Assembly (NCBI RefSeq): GCF_009914755.1
Contig: NC_060935.1
Strand: one strand, 5' to 3'
Source of the DNA: the human T2T-CHM13v2.0 reference genome, Homo sapiens
DNA: 64,000 bases
The notes beneath the pieces were generated by a model. That model was not told the DNA's origin, did not search any database, and was given only the letters and a program-made list of their open reading frames with translations. Below, piece after piece: positions 61,255 to 64,000 of the stretch (position 1 is its first letter; every line of letters starts with the position of its first letter). A program made the translations under genes and the position numbers.

Positions 61255-61730
61255 CTTCTAGTGACATATGATGCATTTGAGAAAAATGAGTTGCGACTAT
61301 GAGTTGACTCAGGTAGAAAAGCATAGCACTCAGACTTGAGAATGTGTCTCTGTATTAGAGGAAAATCTGGTAAGTCATAGTGGGACTTTTTTTAAGCGAT
61401 GCTCTATCACCAGTGCTATCAATGGTACAGAGGATTATGCAGTAGAGAAAAAGTGATTCCAAACAGCTGGACTTTGAACATGAAATCTTAAAAACACCTT
61501 AATAATTCATTTTACTTATATTGTCCTACTGATAAGAAATAGGAAAATGCAAAAGCATGATATATGAGAGAAAAGTAACAACCAAAATAGCCTAAAAGAG
61601 GTCTTTCAGTAAGCATAGAATAAAAATTCCAAAAGACGGAAAGGTATCACGTTATAGTGGAAGTGGCAGATTTTATATTTCTGAGTGATGGACTTACAAG
61701 TGACAGTGTCTTTTATTGAATGAAGTATCA
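61255..61730. mobile_element. TcMar-Tigger remnant (Tigger13a-like)
   Basis: gatgctctatcaccagtgctatcaatggtacagagga...cttacaagtgacagtgtc resembles an ancient Tigger end. Confidence 0.5.
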
Positions 61731-62309
61731 TATTTGCTGCTTCCCTATAATTCCAGGTTACAGAAGACTTTGGGTTGCCAGGTCTTCAAGCTACATCTCT
61801 AAATGACATTGAAGTGCAGGCTCAATTCTGTCTGAGTGTGTCAATCACTATGTTTTAGTTTCACATTCTCAGGAAAGAGAGCATATGTGTTTCCACTTCA
61901 GTCAGATGTCTACAGCAACTGAATAATCTAGATAGAAGGTGAATAGGGTTCCAACATGGTGTAGGGGCTTTGGTATAAAAAGTTAAGATCATGACTCTTT
62001 CTAGTATCCATCTCCACAGCGCAATTCCATATAGAACTCAGTACTTGTCAAATGAATTTTATTGCAATAAGCTCTGCAGCACGTGGAGTGTCAAGCTGGT
62101 ATCTAAAAGTAAGAGTACAAACAATTGCAAAGTAGGGGTGGCTTTTGAGGAGTACAGAAGAGTCTGCTCTCAGCTTAAAGTATATTGTTTTCATAACTAA
62201 AGGCAGGGAGTTATAACCATGTCTACTACAATCACAGAAGACGTTCAACATTTGAAGAAAAAATTCCCTTAGCATTTCCTATGTTATACACACCTATCTA
62301 GTGGCTTTA

Positions 62310-62477
62310 TGGATTCTCAGCAAATAAGAATATATCAAAATCATCTGTGGAGCTTGTTAAAAATAGTTGCAGAGAGCCAATCCCCAAGTGAATTAATCAC
62401 TGAAAGTGGGGTCAGAGAAACTATTTTTAAAGCTCCTTAGCTATTTCTGATGTGCTCTCCTGTTTAGTAACCAATGA
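62310..62477. mobile_element. MER5-family MITE
   Basis: atcaaaatcatctgtggagcttgttaaaaat...ttttaaagctcc...tttagtaaccaatg. Confidence 0.65.
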
Positions 62478-62552
62478 GTTAAGATGTATGCATACAAATA
62501 TAATTTATTTTGGCAAGGTAAGAAGTCTCTGTGGCATTCAAACCAAACTTTA

Positions 62553-63062
<510 letters not shown>

Positions 63063-63173
63063 TTACATACCAGAACCAGGCTCTTCTTTTACTGGTGTTA
63101 TTATTAATATTATTATAATTTTTTTTATTATTAGGTAAATTGCTAGTGTCTTTTTTTGTAAGTTATCTTTTAA

Positions 63174-63529
<356 letters not shown>

Positions 63530-63579
63530 ATTTTTGGTTTTATTTAATAGAGCCATGAGTTTAAATAATCACTCTGCCA

Positions 63580-63905
63580 GATGTAATCTGTTGTTTCTCC
63601 ATAAACATTCCTTCCTCTACGCCATAGAGGCTGAAAATTTGGAAACTACATTACTCAGAATTGCTTGCAAGTAGAGTTGTAGGAAGTTTCTGCCAATAAG
63701 GGATCCTCCTGTGAAAATCGGAACGAGGAAGAGAAGATGGAGTCAGTCCCTTCCGACAGTAGATGCAGACAATCCTGAGGGTGTCAGATGTGTATTTTGC
63801 TGGAGGCTTCCAGGGGTCCTCCTGAGGATCACCCACTTACCTGCAATTTTTGTACTTTAGGATTCCTGAAAGCCTGGAATGGCCTCGCTGACTTTTGCTC
63901 CCTGG

Positions 63906-63907
<2 letters not shown>
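63580..63907 (+). mobile_element. LTR33-like ERVL LTR fragment
   Basis: aaactacattactcagaattgcttgcaagtagagttg...ttctgccaat resembles LTR33. Confidence 0.5.
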
Positions 63908-63936
<29 letters not shown>

Positions 63937-64000
63937 GACTGAGTCTCGCTCTGCCACCCAGGCTGGAGTCCGGTGGCGGCGATCTCGGCTCACTGCAAGC
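63908..64000 (-). mobile_element. AluY (cut by window end) with T29 tail
   Basis: gagtctcgctctg...gatctcggctcactgcaagc. Confidence 0.9.

Overview
Primate (almost certainly human) AT-rich, repeat-dense non-coding DNA, intronic or intergenic. I see no supportable protein-coding gene, RNA gene, CRISPR array or CpG island, and I could not identify the locus. The long ORFs are LINE-1 ORF2 remnants, Alu read-throughs or microsatellite artefacts. Contents: about 11 Alus, two 5'-truncated L1PA elements, many old L1M fragments, MaLR/ERVL LTRs, an ERVL gag-pol remnant, CR1/L3, MIR/L2, hAT and Tigger MITEs, and microsatellites. Subfamily names come from recalled consensus sequences and need RepeatMasker/Dfam confirmation. 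I do not see a new gene system. The most interesting signals are structural. (1) Two independently inserted L1PA copies 6,143 bp apart are about 6% divergent but share a 737-bp perfectly identical tract with unusual variants, pointing to interlocus gene conversion. (2) A ~97%-identical ~145-bp inverted duplication of an ancient MIR/L2 junction. (3) A series of small direct+inverted templated micro-duplications. (4) A 34-unit interrupted TTTTA Alu tail. (5) A strong + strand bias of L1s plus a well-formed minus-strand candidate exon, suggesting an intron of a minus-strand transcript.
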